A stretch of DNA of 64,000 bases from contig NC_042998.1 of NCBI RefSeq assembly GCF_006345805.1, positions 192,448,001 to 192,512,000 of the forward strand, in the 5' to 3' direction. This stretch comes from Octopus sinensis (Eukaryota). The notes under the pieces are model-generated. The model had not been told where the DNA came from, did no database searches, and worked only from the letters and a program-made list of their open reading frames with translations. A program made the translations under genes and the position numbers. Below are positions 38,609-50,995 of the stretch, piece after piece; position 1 is the first letter of the stretch, and every line of letters begins with the position of its first letter.

Positions 38609-38750
38609 TTTGTAATCACCCCACTTGTCGTATGGTTAACACCATATAGATTTCCGGTGCATCCTAGTTAAGGACCATATTCCTGTGAATTCTTAGAATT
38701 CACTTGAATCTCAATTACTTACCGAATATATATATTATATATATATATAT

Positions 38751-38828
<78 letters not shown>

Positions 38829-38859
38829 GTATGTATGTATGTATGTATTTGCTCCTATC

Positions 38860-39130
38860 CCAGCTGCACACTTGCCTTTCCTTTTCTAATGCCATTACTC
38901 CTGCAAATCCTAACCACTGTCCTTTCCTCATCAACTCTTTTTGCTGCACACCTTGACCTTGTCTACAGATTTACAAACTCAAAGGTTCCATTTATACTGA
39001 ACTAATGGGCCACCGACTGGATGATAGATTTGAGGAATACCTTAGAGACATCCAACTTGTCAATGAATCGCTTTTCGTTTGCCATTTTCAATTCCGATAT
39101 CTATTCTACCTTGCGCTTCTTCGACGTACA
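38860..39130 (+). pseudogene. Decayed Penelope GIY-YIG fragment
   Basis: IYTELMGHRLDDRFEEYLRDI...VCHF resembles YIGETGRRLADRF.EHLRDI...PVA.HF. Confidence 0.55.
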
Positions 39131-40190
39131 CTCTAGCCACTTATTTCACATACAGACCCGTGCAAACACATGGACAATACGCATGCATAATGTACACCAC
39201 TTTCTACACTAACCTTTCCTCCACTGTACACTGCTCCGTTTTACATTGACCTTGGCTTTCTCTTCTAAGACATTGGCTATTCAAATCATACGTGTTATTC
39301 ACCTGGACTATAATGCATTAACTACTCTTGTATATATACTTTCTTGGATACTAACTGCACCTGTACAAGCAATTTTATTTATACATACACTGAACGAATA
39401 GAGACATAACAACCACATGCCTGAGGAATCGTCAATTTGATTATCTGACCATCTATGGAGTGTGGCCGCTCTATATCTTCAGCTAATTATTTTTCACAAC
39501 AAATCCAACACCTTTATCTCTTATAACATTTCTTGGTTTTCCAACCCAGAATACTCTGAACTCAGACGAATTTTCTATCAAATGGTCTTTAAAAAATAAG
39601 TATTGGGGTCGATTCGTTCTTGTTGCTTATCCTGCAGGATGTCAAAAAATCCTAATATATCGGTGAGTTTTCCTCTGCGGGAAACTGGACAAATACGACA
39701 GAGGAAACAATTATGTCTAATTATATCTTGCTACAGAAGTAATTTAGAAGGTAAACAGTCAATAGAATGTACGAAAACAACTCACACACGCGTAGACGTA
39801 CATCCGCACATACAATATCACATACTTTTTTTTAAATGTAGGAAAATCAGTGAAGGAAATTCATTAGCAGCACATGTAGTCCGACATTCAGGGCGACTGG
39901 TACAATCTATAATGTTTCCTACTTTCTAACAGATCGTGCGTAAGTCTTTCTTCATTCCTGCTTTTGATGAGCTACTCTTAGTTACAGTACACTAACCAGA
40001 ACGAGTAGACGGCTTATGTATAGTGCCGCTTTCCGAGCACTTTCCCGGATACAAAGTGGTTATGTAAGTTTACTGAAGCAATTTTTGTCCATGAAAACAT
40101 GAAAACGAGGTTAAGATAATTTTCTTACCTCCTTATGAATAGATCCGTGACTGGACGCCGCCAAACTGTCATCAGTCCTCCATCACCACA

Positions 40191-40483
40191 TGGCCTAGTG
40201 GTTAGAGCAGCGGACTCGGGATCGCGGTTTCGAATCTCAGACCGGGCGATGTGTGTGTTTATGATCGAAACACCTAAGCTCCAAACGGCTCCGGCAGAAG
40301 GTAATGGCGAACTTCTGCTGACTCTTTCGCCACAACTTTCTCTCACTCTTTCCTGCCGTATCTTGCAGTTCACCTGCGATGGACCGGCGTCCCGTCCAGG
40401 TGGGGAACCTATACGCCAAGGAAACCGGGAAACCGGCCCTAATGAGCTAGGCGTGGCTCGAGAAGGAACAAACATAACAACAA
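40191..40483 (+). mobile_element. SINE group C, tail variant 3
   Basis: tRNA-like head, shared C body, then cctgcgatggaccggcgtcccgtccagg and an (AAC)n tail; TSD CATCACCACA. Confidence 0.85.
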
Positions 40484-40657
40484 CATCACCACAAGACTTT
40501 AATGGAGAGATAAGATGAACCGGATTGAATTAGACAGCTGTACAACAGGAGATTAAGGTGACATACGTTGTACAACACATATCCCACTTTCTAATTCTCA
40601 GTAACAGAGATCCAGTGACAACCGTTGCAAGACGACTAGTAGCTACATCAACGGCAG

Positions 40658-41008
40658 TTAGGGCAGCAGACTTCCGGTCGGAGGATCGCGGTTTCGATTC
40701 CAAGACCGAGTGTTGTGTGAGTTTATTGAGCGATAACACCTAAAGCTATACGAGGCTCCGGTAGGGTGGGGTGGCGACCCCTGTTGTACTCTTTCACTCC
40801 AACTTTCTCTCACTCTTTCTTCCTGTTTCTTGTCCTCGACTTCCTACGCAACCGCTGAGCCTGGATGCGCATTCATCCATCCGTCGATACTCTCGGTGTC
40901 GGGGGCTGACCTGATTTCTCTTCTGCGGGTCTTACGAATAGCAAAGGACCATGTTTCGGACTTCTCCCACAATTGGGACGAAGACCGCTTCGCTCAACAA
41001 ATAAACAA
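40658..41008 (+). mobile_element. SINE group C, tail variant 2
   Basis: TSD ACATCAA(C/T)GGCAG; same tail as 46435-46772. Confidence 0.85.
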
Positions 41009-41305
41009 ACATCAATGGCAGCTTTGATTCCGGAGTTTTTTCTCTTAAACTTTTCTCAGTAAAGGATACCTACAAGACAGCAGGGACTTGAAAGAATATT
41101 TGCACACAGTTGGATGGCCATTGATTCTCAATGAGTTCATCCTGCAGGATGTCCAAAAATCATCGTTCTCCCTAAGCAGGTTTGATTGGTTTGCAAGTTT
41201 AGTCGATGGTGACTCGACCATGCAAAAGGTTGTATTGGCAATTACGTTAACTAATAACACTCTAGAATGACTTGACATGTATGTATGTATGTATGTATGT
41301 ATGTA

Positions 41306-42593
41306 CGAGGGGAATTTAATAAGTAATGCCCCTGACCCACTTCCCATAGCAGTAGAGCAACGAAACTTGGCACAGTTATTAGTCTTTTTCTACATAGGAA
41401 CCACCCAGAGTTACGCATTTCTCCCATCGTTTGATGCAGCTCTGGAGACCGTTTTTGTAGAAGACCCCAGCTTGGTCCTCCAGCCTGAACGTGACTTCAG
41501 AAATTAAGGCTGCATCATCTGGGAAACGCTTTCCTTTCAAAAACAACTTCATGACTGGGAAGAGGTGAAAATCAGAGAGTGCAAGGTCAGGAAAGTAGGG
41601 GGGTGGGGAGGAGTTCATAGCCATGCGCCTGTGCTTCTGATCTGGCGACAAACGAGTTGTGGACCGGAGCGTTGTCTTGCAGGAGGAGGATGCCTTTGCT
41701 GATCTTGCCCCGCCTCTTGATTTTGATAACTTCTCTTAATTTCCCCAAAAGTGAAGCACAATAAGCTCCTGCAATTGTGGTACCCTTTGCCAGGAAATCT
41801 GTCATCACTACTCCGTCCTGGTCCCAGAAGACTGTGAGCATGACCTTGCCAGCGGAGGGCTGCACCCTTGCCTTCTTTGGAGGGGGTGAGTCACGGTGCT
41901 TCCACTGCATTGACTGGGATTGGTCTCTGGATCATCGTGATGGACCCAGGTTTCATCCTGTGTAATCAGTCTTTTGAAAAATTTTGACTCATCTTCTTGG
42001 CACATCTCCAAATTCACCCTCGAGCACTCGACGCGTTCTTGCTTCAGGAAAGGCGTGAGCAACCTGGGAATCCATCTGGTAGACACCTTTTGCATATGCA
42101 AATGGTCATGAATGATAGTTTCCACAGACCCGGTACTAATCTTGACCTCATGGGCTATTTGGCGAATAATTATGCTTCGATCTTCCAAAATGGCAACCTC
42201 AACTTGACGGACAGATGCCTCATCAATGGCAGAAGGGGCGACCAGATCTGGGAGCTGTTTCTACAGAGTTTCGACCATGTTTGAATTCACGATGCCAGCA
42301 TTTTACAAGGTCATATGATGGGGCATCATCACCATAAGTTACTTTCATTTCATCAAAAGTCTCCCGTGGTGTGCGTCCTTTCAAATACAAAAACCGGATC
42401 ACTGCTCGACACTCAACAGGCTCCATTTCACACTTGACTCGGTTCAAACACCTGTAAATCAGAAACCATAATTAATTCAGAGCTGTACTTTGCCACTTAC
42501 TCTATAGAGATATAAATGATTGCACATGCAAAATTTCAGCTAGATCAAACAACTGCAAGTGGGTCAGAGGCATTACTTATTGAACGTCCCTCG
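41306..42593 (-). mobile_element. Full-length mariner (D,D34D, irritans-like) with TIRs and TA TSD
   Basis: TIRs CGAGGGGAATTTAATAAGTAATGCCCCTGACCCACTT and the imperfect counterpart; TA at 41304-41305 and 42594-42595. Confidence 0.92.
41379..42426 (-). pseudogene. Mariner transposase, frameshifted
   Basis: MEPVECRAVIRFLYLKG..., WIPRLLT, ITQDETWVH, LLQDNAP, YFPDLALSDFHLF, spread over four ORF fragments. Confidence 0.9.
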
Positions 42594-42828
42594 TATTCCA
42601 CCCGATGAAGTCCTCACACACGACTACTGCTGCAAAAATTCAACTATACAGTAATTATAAAGAATGGTCTTCTATAATAATGGTGTATGAATATAAACTC
42701 AGCATCTTAAAGCTGGTGTGCGGTGCAGAAACAAATATTATGATCTACTGTTGAAGCCTGACATCCTCCATCACCGTGTTAAATTTTATTTATATATATA
42801 TATATATTCTCAATGAGTAAATATATAT

Positions 42829-43250
42829 ATGTTATTTAGAGATAGTAGTCCCCTTCATCCCACCATATAGAAGAATTTTAATTTAATACTTACTACTCAT
42901 TTCTCTGCTACACGTGTTTCTTGAGATTCTTTTACGGTTCCTTAAGCACGCAGTGTTTTACAGGAACCGTTCTTAAAATGCAACCCCAATCATCAGGCCC
43001 CTAAATAACTTTATCATAGTTCGATACCTAATACTATGATAAAGTTATTTGGTATCGAACTATGATAAAGTTATTTAGGGGCCTGGTGATTGGGGTAACA
43101 TTTTAAGAAAGGTTCCTGTAAAACACTGCGTGCTTAAGGAACCGTAAAAGAATCTCAAGAAACACGTGTAGCAGAGAAATGAGTAGTAAGTATTAAATTA
43201 AAATTCTTTTATATGGTGGGATGAAGGGGACTACTATCTCTAAATAACAT
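42829..43250. repeat. Head-to-head inverted dimer of the ~215-bp hammerhead element
   Basis: Left arm 42829-43035 (minus) and right arm 43051-43250 (plus) both match 10708-10922. Confidence 0.9.
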
Positions 43251-43382
43251 ATATACATATATATATATATAGATAGAAAGAGAGAGAGAGAGAGATGATG
43301 ATGAACTCTCCCGTCAAAGACGACGTATGAGCGTTCAGCTTTTTGCCGAACGACCTGCACAAATCTTCGTGCCCCGCACATT

Positions 43383-43435
<53 letters not shown>

Positions 43436-43479
43436 AGGTGTCTGAACAGGTGCACTGAGTACCACGCGTCAGGTGTCGA

Positions 43480-43610
43480 AGTGGTCGCAGATCAACGTGA
43501 AACAGTGTTTTGCTCAAGAGCACAACGCACCACCCACCCGGTCTAAGAATTGAAACCACGATCGCTAGATTGTGAGTGCAACACCTTAACCACCCAGACA
43601 TGCGCCCTCA
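43480..43610 (-). mobile_element. Diverged CORE-like tRNA SINE fragment
   Basis: gtgttttgctcaagagcacaac...gaaaccacgatc...aaccac. Confidence 0.5.
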
Positions 43611-43616
43611 CACACA

Positions 43617-43664
<48 letters not shown>

Positions 43665-44306
43665 AACTTGCTTCATTAATTTCATTACACTTTTTAAAAA
43701 CAAGTGCGTGATATTGTACATGCGGGTATACGTGTACGCGTGTGCGAGTTGTTTTTCGTACATTTTATCGACTGTTCACCTTCCAATTTACTTCTGTTGT
43801 AAGTTATAAATAGACATAATTGTTTCCTCTGCCGTATTTGTCCACTTTCCCGCAGAGGAAAACTCACCGATATAGAAGTTTATATCAATCTGAAATTCAC
43901 AAGATTTCGATATGAAGAAATTCCAAATTGGTATTTCTTTGTTTCCTGTATTATTTTAGTTTTGTTGTACAGGTGATAAGTGTTGTTCTTATCCAAAAGT
44001 CGTAAATCCTTCAAGGCACCACGAGTCGCTTCCTCCTTATCAGTATAACTTCCAGGATTCACAGAAACCACCAGCCATTTGCCATAATAAATTACTTGCA
44101 ATCTCTTCACTAAATTCTTTTTCTTTCTGAACTATTTCTTTTTTCTTTTGTTCTATCTATAAGCCCAAAGCTAGCTTCAGTTTTTGTTTTCATGCCTCTT
44201 TTGGTTGTCGGTAAATAGTAATACTCACAATGAAGAGAACAAACCTAGTACAACTGAGTAAGATATTATGAAATTGCAATTTTCTATGTGATTTTTATTT
44301 GCTGTA

Positions 44307-44697
44307 TAAGTTAAGTTAAGTTAATTTTTTGGTTCAAACAGCAAAAAGCAAGGCCATGTAGGGGGGCATGGAGTTATGTACAGGGAGGGTGTTCATGCAA
44401 AGAGTTCAGGCCATTTGTGGTCAAGGGAGACTTTGAACCGAGCAGTCGTCGGCATCTTCACTAGCTCGTCCGGCAACTTATTCCACGGATCCGCAACCCG
44501 GACTGAGAATGCCACTCCCCTTTCGATTGAGATGTAATCGTCGCAGATAGAGCTTTTCGGAGTGACCCCCGCAGCTGACGTTCTGGAGCAGGAGCGAAGA
44601 ACAGCTCTTTCGAGAGGTTACACTTTCCGCTTATGATGTTGTGAGCAAGAATGAGATCACCACGGCGTCGCGGGCCATAAGCTAGCCGTTTCATTAC
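44307..44697 (-). mobile_element. CR1-group LINE 3' end
   Basis: RRRGDLILAHNIISG...LRG.S.KL...RR...FSVRVADPWNKLP, followed by a 3' UTR and (AACTT)n tail. Confidence 0.8.
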
Positions 44698-44866
44698 TAT
44701 TCAAAGTATTTCAAAATACCATTTTCTAACACAACCACAATTCGACGGATATTGAATGGGTGCTGCATTCGACTTTATTCACTCCAGTACTTGACTATTT
44801 CTTACCTTTTTCATTTTTTTCTTTTTTTTCTTCCTCTGCCTATGGTTTCCCCCTCGTCCGTTTTTC

Positions 44867-44899
44867 CTTTCTGAAGAACTCACGTCCGAAATGTCAAAG
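44867..44899 (+). ncRNA. Degenerate minimal hammerhead motif
   Basis: CTTT CTGAAGA actcacgtcc GAAA TGTC AAAG; stem I is perfect, stem II is decayed. Confidence 0.45.
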
Positions 44900-44904
44900 T
44901 TACT

Positions 44905-45050
44905 TTTTTTTTATTACTTTTTACTTGTTTCAAGTCATGTCACTGTGGCCATGCTGGAGCACCGCCTTTAGTCGAGCAAATCGACCCCAGGACTTATTCT
45001 TTGTAAGCCTAGTACTTATTCTATCGGTCTCTTTTGCCGAGCCGCTAAGT
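44905..45050 (-). mobile_element. SINE group B 3' fragment
   Basis: Tail match. Confidence 0.8.
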
Positions 45051-45184
45051 TATTATTCAAGTTTTAAACATATCTTATTCATCATTCTTTGTAATGTTTA
45101 TTTATTTTTTTTTTTTGCGATTTTGACTGTTTTTTGGCTTCGCTTTACTTACACACACAAACACCAGCGAACATACACACATAG

Positions 45185-45252
<68 letters not shown>

Positions 45253-45308
45253 ACATATACACATACACACACATGCACACACATACACATACACACACGC
45301 ACACATAA

Positions 45309-45393
45309 TTCCTACTCGCGTTTCGCTTTTATGATTGCCTGGAGCCCTACAATAGGCGCTCCAAATGCTCAACCACAACGGATCATCAGGGAA
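45309..45393 (-). ncRNA. Type I hammerhead motif with a long loop II
   Basis: TTCC CTGATGA ...(TGGAGC/GCTCCA hairpin)... GC GAAAC GCGA GTA GGAA. Confidence 0.55.
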
Positions 45394-45899
45394 CACAAAC
45401 AATGTAATAATGTCAATACAAAAAAAAAACAAAAAAAAAATTAGCAAGAATTTTGTTTCCCTGTTGTTTACAACAAACAGCTGCATTATGTAGTCATTAA
45501 CTAAACTTACATTAACCAACCTCATCATCCTTCATCTGCTTCTTCCTCACAGCTGTTTGTTTCTCATTATTATCATCGAAACATTCAAATATTCAGAAGT
45601 AAAGAATATACCTCTGTTTACCATAAATAACTATGTCTAATTCATGGAGCTGTTTCACATGATACATATTGTGTTGTACTCCGTTATTTTTCTTACTTTC
45701 ATTACAGCTATTTTATTGTAATTACTTATATTCATATGGTAACATTGATCACCAAAGTAAACTATCTAGATTATTTACCCTGAGCAAAGAAGAGTGAAAT
45801 TAATTAAGCCTTTAATCTAATCCTTTACAGTTTCTTGCCTGCTTATTACACTACCCGGCCTTTGCCTTTCCTCCTGCTACTGTATTGGCCCCTGTTCCT

Positions 45900-46400
45900 C
45901 CAAGCAAGCTTGGCGCCGTCCAAGAATTTGGACCTGGAGATCTACATTTCCAGCGACTTTGAGAGCCACCTCCCAGTGGTGTCGGGCATCAACGAAGAAC
46001 CCTCGAGTACAACAAGACGACCAAAGTTTCCCCCTACCCCCAAGGTCTGGGGTCTCCAGCTCCTAAGCCCTAGACCATCACCTAATCACCCTTACTTACC
46101 CATCTTGTTGCTTAGTAACAACAACAACACCAGCAGGCTTGGCTTATGCCACATTTACTAGGGCTTTCCTCCATCCCCAATTATCCTTCACTTTTCACTT
46201 TTGTTATTTCAGCACCTCATCCGGCCTTTTCCGCACTAATCCTATACCCGATCTTTCCTTTACAATATTTCAGGGTTTCTGCTCATATCTCTCCTGCGGG
46301 TGTTAAATTCCAAATGTTCAAGAGGAACATCAATGGCATCACTCTCACCTGTCTAGGAGGGCCTGTGAGGGTTATAGGCATTTCTTCTTCTTCCAAACCT
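45900..46400 (-). pseudogene. Possible second, more decayed Gag-like ORF1 remnant
   Basis: LVVLEG followed after a frameshift by WKCRSPG, similar to LVILEG..CYLC at ~4350. Confidence 0.25.
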
Positions 46401-46434
46401 ATTGTGTAAAAGAAATTCTCAGTGAAATAATAAA

Positions 46435-46772
46435 GTTGTTGCTATTGTTTGTTGAGCGAAGCGGTCTTCGTCCCAGTGGGAGAAGTCCGATACGTTGTCT
46501 TTTGCTAAGAGAAAGCAGGTCAACCCCCGACACCGAGAGCATCGACGGATGGATGAATGCGCATCCAGGCTCAGCGGTTGCGTAGGAAGTCGGGGACAAG
46601 AAACAGGAAAAACGAGTGAGAGAAAGTTGGAGCGAAAGAGTACAACAGGGGTCGTACTCGTGGAGCTTTAGGTGTTTTCGCACAATAAACACACGCAACG
46701 CCCGCTGGGAATCGAAACCGCGATCCTACGACCGCGAGTCCTCTGCCCTAACCACTGGGCCATTGCGCCTCC
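46435..46772 (-). mobile_element. SINE group C, tail variant 2
   Basis: Head ggaggcgcaatggcccagtggttaggg; tail gaagaccgcttcgctcaacaaac. Confidence 0.85.
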
Positions 46773-46849
46773 ACTGCTATTGCTGTTGTAGTACACGCAC
46801 ACTTGGAGGAAACTGAACTGGTTTATCTAATTTGCATAACAATGCAAAT

Positions 46850-47231
46850 GGATGGAAGCACTCCGTCGGTTACGACGACGAGGGCTCCGGTTGATCCGAT
46901 CAACGGAACAGCCTGCTCGTGAAATTAACGTGTAAGTGGCTGAGCACTCCACAGACACGTGTACCCTTAACGTAGTTCTCGGGGATATTCAGCGTGACAG
47001 AGAGTGACAAGGCCGGCCCTTTGAAATACAGGTACAACAGAAACAGGAAGTAAGAGTGAGAGAAAGTTGTGGTGAAAGAGTACAGCAGGGATCACCACCA
47101 TCCCTGCCGGAGCCTCGTGGAGCTTTAGGTGTTTTCGCTCAATAAACACTCACGACGCCCGGTCTGGGAATCGAAACCGCGATCCTACGACCGCGAGTCC
47201 GCTGCCCTAACCACTGGGCCATTGCGCCTCC
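46850..47231 (-). mobile_element. SINE group C, tail variant 1, full length
   Basis: TSD ATGCAAAT; tail gtcgtcgtaaccgacggagtgc. Confidence 0.9.
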
Positions 47232-47329
47232 ATGCAAATACTGGCAACGTGAATTAAAAAAGAAGACTGGTAATTTAACCACGGTGTATACTTTTTCATC
47301 TGCTTGCCTCTCGGCAGCCGGAGCAGACA

Positions 47330-47600
47330 AGGCTCTTTCTATACTGATCGAACGCAGGCGAGTTTCCGACAGAAACTGCTTCCAGCTTATGTCGACCTTC
47401 ACACGGCATTAGACTCAGTGGACAGGGATGCGATCTGAAGGATTCAGGAGTTGCGATGTATACCAGTTCGACTGGTTGGGCTGTATTCTGAGACAGTAAG
47501 CAAATCTTGGATTGAGGGTTCAACATCTGACTTTTTCCAAGTTAGATCTGGGATCCGTCAGGGTTGTGTTGGGCTTCCACTCTGTTGAATGCCTGCGTGG
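47330..47600 (+). pseudogene. RTE-type reverse transcriptase fragment
   Basis: LIERRREFRQ...AYVDL...DSVDR...FFQVRSGIRQGCV, with frameshifts. Confidence 0.75.
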
Positions 47601-47792
47601 CCTAGATATTTAGCCAGAGGGTGGATCGACTGAGTTGTGGAGCGCTCATTGATAAGACCAGGATTACTGGCCTAGATTTTGTGATAATGCAGTTATTTAC
47701 ATTATTTACATTATTTACAATTGACTGATATACTCTCCAGCTTTCATCAGATGAGGACAAATATCCGTCGATTGTAAATAATGTAAATAATG

Positions 47793-48066
47793 TAGGCGTA
47801 GGAGGGGCTGTATGGTAAGTAACTTGCTTACCAACCACATTGTTCCGGGTTCAGTCCCACTGCGTGGCACCTTGGGCAAGTGTCGTCTACTATAGCCTCG
47901 GGCCGACCAAAGCCTTGTGAGTGGATTTGGTAGACGGAAACTGGAAGAAGCCCGTCGTATATATATATATATATATAAGTATATGTATGTGTGTGTATAT
48001 GTTTGTGTCCGTGTTTGTCCCCCCAACATCACTTGACAACCGATGCTGGTGTGTTTACGTCTCCGT
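47793..48066 (+). mobile_element. SINE group B, 3'-truncated and joined to a SINE A fragment
   Basis: Family match. Confidence 0.8.
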
Positions 48067-49140
48067 AATGATGAAAGGTAAAGTTGATCTCGGCGGAATT
48101 TGAACTCAGAACGTAAAGATGGACGAAATACAGATAAGCATTTTTTTCCGGAGTGCTAAAAAGTCGGCTAACCCGCTGCCTTAACTATATATTTAATAAT
48201 AATATGGTTATTATTAAATATATTTGATTAATTCCTGTGTTTTCAATAACAGTATATGCTTCCAATTCAACCAGCTGTTCTTTTAAGCAACGAAAAAATC
48301 GGAATCTTTCTGTGTTTATCATTAAATATATATTAAATCAGTGTTCTTCCGGCTGAATCTGGTTTTTCTTTCTGAACCCTCTTATTGTTTCTTCCTTCGA
48401 ATAAATAGAAAAGACGGGAATGAGTAACTTGTCCAAGGTAAAAATAAAGCGACAACTAACGGGGCGGGCACGAACTGAGAAATCTTTTAGGCGACAGACC
48501 GATTCACTATCTACATGATAACCGCAACCCCTTTATAGTATAGTTACAATTCTTGTTCGATCTGATTAATGTTCGAATTAGATCGTTATTCAAACATCAT
48601 TGACTGCCCCGAAGAACAAAGCGACAACTCGAGAAGTGATAACCATCACTCTATTTGATTGAAAAATAAACGGAGAGTTACATCCAGGTTGCCCCTAGCC
48701 GAGGCCAACTGGATAATTTGAAATAATAATCAAATGAAATCTGACTGCCATTTCAAATTATCATTTTTTTTTTCATAGTTTGATTAAACATTTTTCTAAT
48801 TTAATCTCTATTTTATCTCTAATTCTACCAAACTTTTATAGATTTTTTTCCTCCCTTTGCCAATATTTGTATTCATAAAATATGTAAATGTGTGTGTTTC
48901 ATTGATTTTATTTATATAAGATCGTGAATTTATGAATACGTTTTTTGTTTTTTTTTGTTGCCTTCTTTTCTCAATTTCTCCCTATTCTCCCTTCCTTCCT
49001 TCTTCTCTTTTACGGTTGTTGTCATTTTCATACGGATGAACGTAAGTGTCACAACTAGTTCAAGTCAACATCGTGCACGCAGGAGATAAGATAATGGCAA
49101 AAATAAGAAAATAAGATGGCAGAAGCTAAGCTGCTGAAAA

Positions 49141-49243
49141 TCCTCCTCTTCTTCTTCTTCTTCCTCCGCCTCCTCCTCCTCCCCCTCCCCCTCTTCTTCT
49201 TCTTCTTCCTCCTCCTCCTTCTCCCCCCTCCTCCTCCTCCTCC
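49141..49243. repeat. (CTT)n/(CCT)n polypyrimidine tract
   Basis: Direct reading. Confidence 0.9.
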
Positions 49244-49510
49244 ATTTTTAGATCGATATTTTGCAAGTGAAATTATTTTGCAACACTGGTTGATGATACT
49301 GTGATATATATATAGGTGACAGAACACTTTCTGTTCTACTTAGTTTACATTTGATCACAGTTCTTAGAGAAACTAGCAGAGCTTTAACAGCAATAAGTTC
49401 TCTTGGAACAGTTATACTGTAAAACGTTACGTCGGAATTTCGAATTTGTATTTTTTATTTATTTATTTATTATGTAAATTAATCAGAAGAGGAGAGCAGG
49501 GTATGTATCA

Positions 49511-50296
49511 ATTTCTTTATTGCTCACACGGGGGCTAAACATAAAGGGGACAAACAAGGACAGACAAAGGGATTAAGTCAATTACATCGACCCCAGTGCG
49601 TAACTGGTACTTATTTAATCGACCCCCGAAAGGATGAAAGGCAAAGTCGACCTCGGCGGAATTTGAACTCAGAACGTAGCGGCAGACGAAATACCTGTTT
49701 CTTTACTACTTACAAGGGGCTAAACATAGAGGGGACAAACAAGGACAGACATAGTGATTAAGTCAATTACATCGACCCCATTGCGTAACTGGTACTTATT
49801 TAATCGACCCCCGAAAGGATGAAAGGCAAAGTCGACCTCGGCGGAATTTGAACTCAGAACGTAGCGGCAGACGAAATACCTGTTTCTTTACTACTTACAA
49901 GGGGCTAAACATAGAGGGGACAAACAAGGACAGACAAAGGGATTAAGTCAATTACATCGACCCCAGTGCGTAACTGGTACTTATTTAATCGACCCCCGAA
50001 AGGATGAAAGGCAAAGTCGACCTCGGCTGAATTTGAACTCAGAACGTAGCGGCAGACGAAATACCTGTTTCTTTACTACTTACAAGGGGCTAAACATAGA
50101 GGGGACAAACAAGGACAGACAAAGGGATTAAGTCAATTACATCGACCCCAGTGCGTAACTGGTACTTATTTAATCGACCCCGAAAGGATGAAAGGCAAAG
50201 TCGACTTCGGCGGAATTTGAACTCAGAACGTAGCGGCAGACGAAATACGGCAACACATTTCGCCCGGCGTGATAACGTTTCTGCCAGCTCGCCGCC
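49511..50296 (-). repeat. SINE A tetramer
   Basis: Four tandem units plus one head. Confidence 0.92.
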
Positions 50297-50572
50297 TTCA
50301 GAGCAGGGTATGTATCATATCTCCCAGGCTGGTGAGGTTGATGTGACTGGTGTCCGGCTTGACCGTGTGTAGGTCAAAGTGGGCAATGTGGCGAAACAAG
50401 AGCAGGGAGAGTCTATTCTGAAATCTTGTAAAAGAGAGAACTCCGATAAAGGCATCGAAAGTCCATGTGGTGAAAAAATTGTTGTTTAGTCTCAAGTTAA
50501 TCTATATTGAACAGACCCCAACAAATAGTTTTATTTTCTTCAGAGTCTCAGCGGAACTACATTAACTAACGA

Positions 50573-50995
50573 AGGCGTAGGAGTGGCTGTGTGGTAAGTA
50601 GCTTGCTTACCAACCACATGGTTCCGGGTTCAGTCCCACTTGGGCAAGAGTCTTCTACTATAGCCTCGGACCGACCAAAGCCTTGTGAGTGGATTTGGTA
50701 GACGGAAACTGAAAGAAGCCCGTCGTATATATGTGTATATATATATATATATATGTGTGTGTATATGTTTGTGTGTCTGTGTTTGTCCCCCCAACATCGC
50801 TTGACAACCGATGCTGGTGTGTTTACGTCCCCGCAACTTAGCGGTTCGGCAAAAGGGACCGATAGAATAAGTACTAGGCTTATAAAGAATAAGTCCTGGG
50901 GTCGATTTGCTCTACTAAAGGCGGTGCTCCAGCATGGCCACATTCAAATGACTGAAACAAGTAAAAGAGTAAAAGAGTAAAGAGAGAACTTTACT
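50573..50995 (+). mobile_element. SINE group B
   Basis: Family match with a small internal deletion. Confidence 0.88.

Noticed and set aside
48455-48470. GC box (GGGGCGGG) and a CCAAT motif at ~54063 as promoters
   Set aside because: Single short motifs with no linked gene start
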